16,167 nucleotides of DNA from Oligoflexales bacterium (lineage in GTDB: Bacteria > Bdellovibrionota_B > Oligoflexia > Oligoflexales > Bog-1112), in contig JBGCDR010000232.1 of assembly GCA_045105515.1 (NCBI GenBank), positions 1-16,167 of the forward strand, given 5' to 3'. The position numbers and the translations under genes are program-made. Positions 7,315 to 13,300 of this stretch are shown one piece after another (the first letter of the stretch is position 1; the number at the start of each line of letters is the position of its first letter). Below the pieces are notes generated by a model, which worked only from the letters and a program-made list of their open reading frames with translations, was not told where the DNA came from and ran no database searches.

Positions 7315-10300
7315 GTGAGAAATCTTTCTTTATTTATCTTAGTCCTTTTGTTTTCTTCTAAAATGAACCTTTCGCTAGCGGCGAGTTCCACTTACGAGCA
7401 TAGATTCTTTGATCTACGTGAACATGTTTCAGAAACTAAGTTAACGGAAATATCGGCCCATAATACCTATGTAAATGGATACAACAAGGGCAGGTCTCTT
7501 ATAGTTTCTGCAGATACGGTGACAATTGAGTCAGGGTCTAAACTCGATTTTGACCAGATTCAAATAGATTGTAAGCAGCTGATTCTTAGAGGTGGTGAAC
7601 TTAGTGCAAAACAGCAACTTAAGATAAATACCGACGAAATTAAGGGAAAAAATTTTAAAATAGTAAGCCCCACTTTTTTCCTCACGGTCAAAGATTCATA
7701 TCAAATGGATAAAGTAAGTAGGATAGAAGCTGACCACTTAATTGCGAAGATGGGATCTAAGACCTATTATGGCACATTTAGCTTCGCTGGTAGTATACAT
7801 CCTCTGTCTGCAGGAAAAACAAAGCATAGTGTCAGGAAGGATTTTGTTTGTGACCACAACTCTGAATTTACCTGCATTGATATGCAGGGCCCAGGGAGAG
7901 GACGTATTAAACTTGATGCTGATGTTTCAGGATTTTCTTCTTTGAAAATTGAAAGTGCCAATTCCGGTCAGGAGATAACCATTGCTGGCGAGAAGATCTA
8001 CGGCTCAAGTGTAGAGGTGAACGGTCTAATTAAAGATATCAACAGCATTAAATTAAAAGCTCAAGAGCTCAACATTAATCGCTCACTTTCCAGTAACAAC
8101 ATATACCTAGATGGAGTTGATAAGTTACGTATCTCTGAGGCTTCAATAATAAAAGCTAGAAAAACTGATATTATAGCAGGAAATCTAGGTCTAAATGGCA
8201 GCTTGGAGATTGATGAGCTAGATATTTTTTTTACGATGCATCTACATATGCCTCGATTGGCTTTAAATGGCAGGGAGGCCCGTATTCATGGTAGCGGTAA
8301 GCTGGCAGTTGATTTTTTGTCCGTTTTACAGCTCAGCGAAGCCCTTAATTTAGATTCTAAATCATCGATTGATATTAGTGGCGAAACTTTCTCTGAATTA
8401 CTTTCTATGTCTGCTCAGTATGATGTAAAGACCTCAGGTAGGCAGAATGCTAAAGAGATCAGTTTACTTAGCGAACAGAGCTCAGTCCAGATGACAGGAC
8501 AGGTTGATCTCAAGGAAGCGGGTTCAATGTCCGTAAGTGGAAAGAACGCCAAGCTGGATAATTTAACAATAGCTGGGCCTCAAGATGCCAAAGCTAGGTC
8601 CCTAGAACTTTTAGCAGAAAAAGATTTACTTTTAAAAAATACAAAAGTTTCAAACATCTCCCAAGCAAGCATGAAAGCCGGAAAAACTCTGTCGATTGAT
8701 GAGAAATCAAAGATCGATGTAGATGGGCTCCGAGTCGATTCACCAGAAATGGTCTTAGATGGGACATTTAGAGGTAAATCGATCACAGTTCATGGGAATC
8801 GGGTCCAAGTTGGTGGGCGCATACTAGATGTAAACGAGGTAGCCTTTTTTACTGACGAAGAGTTAAATATTGGAACTTCAGCAGCATTACATGTTCTCCA
8901 CCGTTTAAATATCAAAAGTGGCAAAGAGGTAAGCATTAGCGGTGAGGTGGTGACTCAAGTTCTTGATGTTGCGGCTGCTGAGTTAGCTCTTCTAAAGCAG
9001 GCAAAGTTAGAAGTCCACCAACAAGCAGCGATCTATACAAGCCTGTGGCTTAAGCTTAATGGAATAATTGATTTTTCTCGTGCAGATGCAAAGATCGTAG
9101 CATCCGGTAAAATTGATTTAAATACGGTCTTAAAATATAGAAATTTGGAAATTCGCAAGGCCCAGCAATCAGATGCAAATTATACTCCTGGGCAAAAACT
9201 CCTACTTGAGATCCGTAAGAATGCTGCCCTAGAGCATACCAAAGCCCCTTTCCTAAGCTGGGCTGAGCAAAATCCAGACAAGCTAGAAAGTGATTTAAAT
9301 TATGCTACCGTGGAGCAGTTAAACGATGATAAAGCATTTGCTGAACTGCTTGCAGATGAATTAAGCAAACCCCATTGGAGTTCTTTTGAAGGGCTTAAAA
9401 AAGTTCTATGGTTTCTCTTAAATTCCATGATGGACTCGGTTAAACAATCCTTATTTTCTGGTGCCCTAGATTTGACAAAAGATGGATTGAAAGCTGCAGG
9501 TATAAAAAGCCTTGGTCACTTGAAAAATAGTCTTTTCAGTACAATTGGCAAAATCTCCTCTGGAGATATAAACGGGCTTAATTGGGGCTCGATGGGAAGT
9601 TTTCTTACCGGTTCAGCTAGCCGGGCATTTAAGGATCTCAGTGGTGGTTTCTCCCCCGAATCATATAAGGATGCCTTTAAATGCCTTGGACATGTAGCAT
9701 TTCACCAAGGCAAGCAGCAAGTCATTGGCAATATTTTCGACCCAACTCGTATCACCTTAGATGTCATCCAACTCTTATTTACTTATCCCAACTTAAGCAG
9801 ACCACAGTTTATTAAGCGCACAGTAGACCTAGTAGGAGGCTCATCCATTATCAAGTCTACTGTCCTTCATTTGATCGGTTATCAGGAAAAAGCTGATCAG
9901 CTAATGACGGAAGCAAAGAAGTTCGAACGGATTTCGGGTCCAAAAAACCTAGAAGCACCCGATACTCCTGAATTTGAAGATGGTAATCTTAAAATTGAAG
10001 CAGATGATCTCCTTATTAAAGGGGTGGTAGATGCCAACAACTTGAAGACTAGTACTTCACTTTATTCTCAATCAGGACAGGTGCATGCTAAGGTGGCCGA
10101 GATCATTAGTGAGCATGTCCAACTACACGAAAGCGGCATACTAAGTATTGAGGACAAAGCTAAGGTCCAAGCAAATATTGATGTCATCCTTGCCGGTCAA
10201 TTGCAAGGTGGAAAACCAAGTTTACAGTCCACCGCTTTCGGATCAGTCGCAATGGATCCAAGTCTAAAAGACACCTTTATTGAAGTGAACGCAAAGAAAA

Positions 10301-13300
10301 TACTGTCAACCGGCAAGCTAAGAGTCAATGGCTCATTAAGACTCAAGGCAGAAGGAGAAGATGGCTTAGTTATCCTCAAGGATGGAAGTGTCAAAGCCTG
10401 CGAATTTTCTATTGATGCTGCTAATGCAAGAATCTCAGTTCCTGTTGAAGCTGAAGATGCCTTTTACAATGTATACAATGAATTAGTTTTTGATTCTATG
10501 GATGAACATATCGTCAAGAACTACCTGAAGATCCATGCACCCAACGCAAAAGTAAAAATCAGTGCCAAAATGATAGCCAAGGTCATTGATATAGCTTCAG
10601 AAGAGTTTTACCTGATGCGCTCAGGTTTATTGTCTGCCAAGGAACACGCCATCCTTGAAACAAAAGCTCATATGCTTTTGGAAGGAGTTATTGAAGCAGA
10701 AAACGCTGATCTAAGCTCGAAATCCATTGATTTTAAGGGCACGCAGGCAAAAATTAAAGACTCACTTAGAGTTTCAGCTAAAAATATAAAAGCCTGGAAA
10801 CATGCCAACCTTGATACAAACAGTGCTTATTTTGATGCAGATGGTGGGTCTTTTGACATTGAGGATTCCACAATCTTAGCTCAGAAGGTTATGGATATTA
10901 AGGCTAAGCATTTCAAAGCAATTCTTGGAGCGAGCATTAAAGGTGATAGTGATCTTTCAATACGTGCCACCAATGCCTATGTGGGTGAACTAACTGAGAT
11001 AAAAGCCTCACGCATAAACTTAAAGTCTTCGAACTTCATGCAGGCCTGGTGGTCATCACTTAAAGCAAATGACATTAACTTAGACTCAGATCTAATCACA
11101 AGTGCCGGGCTTATGATGGCTGAAAATATAGTCGCTTCTTCCCGATTAACGACTCTCGGAGCCTCTGGACGCATGCTTGGGGGTACTGTTTCCATTAACT
11201 CCCACGGTTTAGCAATGGCACCCATAAGCCTTATTGCTGGCGGTCGGGTAAATGTTTCTACCACAGTCAATACCACACTTGCTCCCGGAAGTGCTATTGT
11301 CGGTGGGCAGGTCAACGTTCGTAGTTTATCTCTCCTAATGGCTCCAGGGACTGCTATCGTTGGAGCTAAGACATCCGTGGTAGCTCCTTTATTTTTTGCC
11401 GCTCCCTTTAGCTTAGTTGGTGGAGCATTTGGTGCCAACGTCAATAGCTTATATGCAAATCAGCAGGCTAATTCCGCAGTAGGATCCATAAGCGGCAATG
11501 CTAAAATCGATACCTTTGATGGACATATCGATGGGTATGTGGTCGAGCTTGATGAGGAACAAAAGTGGGAAGAAATTAAGAAAAGATTAAACCCACTTTC
11601 AAGCTTTGGACAAAAAAAAGTAATTCAAGGTACTGGCGAAGGGCAGAAGAGCACCGAAGGAGAAAATAACTCTGGTAATGATGATAAACAAACAGAAGAA
11701 AACGAAAAAGAAGCTGCAGATAAAGACAAAAAAATAATTCCAACCATAGGCACCGGGATTGCAGCTTTAGGGGCTCTACACTTAGGAAAAAATGCGCGCA
11801 TAAAAGGAAGCAATGCAGGCATAAGTGCTCATAGCTTTCATGCAGCTAGTGGTGGAAAAATCTCTGGAAGTCATGCTCAGATCTTGATTGCAGGGTTAGC
11901 TAAGATTGATGCTACTGTTCAAGCAAAAGATAGCTTGATGGTTCAAGGTTTATCAAAAGAAGCGAAAGTCCTTCTAAAAAAAGACGCTAAACTTAAAAGT
12001 AAAAATCGCTTAGACATACACAATCTTGCAGAAATGGAAATCGATGATCGTAGTTCGCATGGTGATGCCGCTATCGAGAATGCCGAGGGTTTAATTAAAG
12101 TTGACACCTTTAGGACCCATGGTGGCAAATGGCTAGATATCGACCCTGGGCAACGAGAGGGTGCTGCTGAGGGCCAAAAGACTGGATTGAGCCTGTATGC
12201 AAGGAATATTGCCATCCAAGGCAAACATGGAAGCAAGGCAAAAGCCAACGAAGACGGAACTAAACCTGCTACCACTATACGCTTCCAGCAAACAGGAAAA
12301 GGTTCTTTTACCTATGGTGGACAAGCAGGAGATGGGATAAAAACTGAGCTTTCTTCGGAAGCTAAGATTAAGTTTCAGTCAACTGATCAAACTCAAGAAA
12401 TCGGAAGTGGTGAATCTTTGGTGGTGGATGCCAGAAATGGTGCTCATGTCGCTGAAGGTGACAGGGTTAGAAGTAGATCAACCACTATATTATTGGTTGA
12501 TGGTGCACTAGACATTGATGGACGTCTTGGTGCGAAGGGATCATCGACTCAGATTAAGGGTTTATCTTCCGATTCTCAAACCCAAGGGGAGGAAGAAAGT
12601 AGCCTCTCGGACAAGCCTGTAGCTGGCAACCTTCAGCTTGGTAAGCTTGGTAGGATTGAGGGGCATCTTGATGTTCAGGATACAGAAAATAGCCAGTTGG
12701 ATGGAACCTTAGATCTAGATCAGAATTCTAAGATAAAATCCCGCAGCCTGAGGACAGGCAAAACTTTTCAAGCAAACCTAGATGCTAGGCATGGAGAGGT
12801 TAGCCTTGATCTTGAAGCTCAAGAAATATCTCTACTTGGCAAAGCTACAACTGAAGGAACAAATAAGACTAAGCTGAAAGCTATTCAGAAGAACGGCAAG
12901 TCGGATATGGAGTTTGGTCTGCATCATGAGGAAAATGAACAAACAGATATAAAGCTTGAGTCAGATCGTCGAGTAAAGTTTGCAAATACAGTCGAAGTTG
13001 TAGGCGGAGGAGAAAAATTTTCCGTTAAGTCGCAAGGTCTTGATGCAGGTCATGCTAAGCAGGAAGCTAAAAAAAAGCTAGAGTACGAATTTAGCGCAGA
13101 CACCAATCTTAGTGGCAATCTAAGTTCTCAGGATGTAACCATCAAAGGTGATAGTAACGTACATTTTGATGACCTCCAAGTCGACCTAAGAGATGAAGGA
13201 GGTAAATTATCCGTAGAAACAAAAAGTGCTTCCGGAAATCTTTCAGTCGGTAAAGCTTCAGATGCCAGTGTTTCTCTTGGAGATGATGACCCTTGCAATA

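Noticed and set aside
10977..11444. 155-aa minus-strand ORF with apparent repeats
   Set aside because: It is the antisense shadow of the hydrophobic repeat block of the giant + strand gene, and its periodicity simply mirrors the sense repeats.
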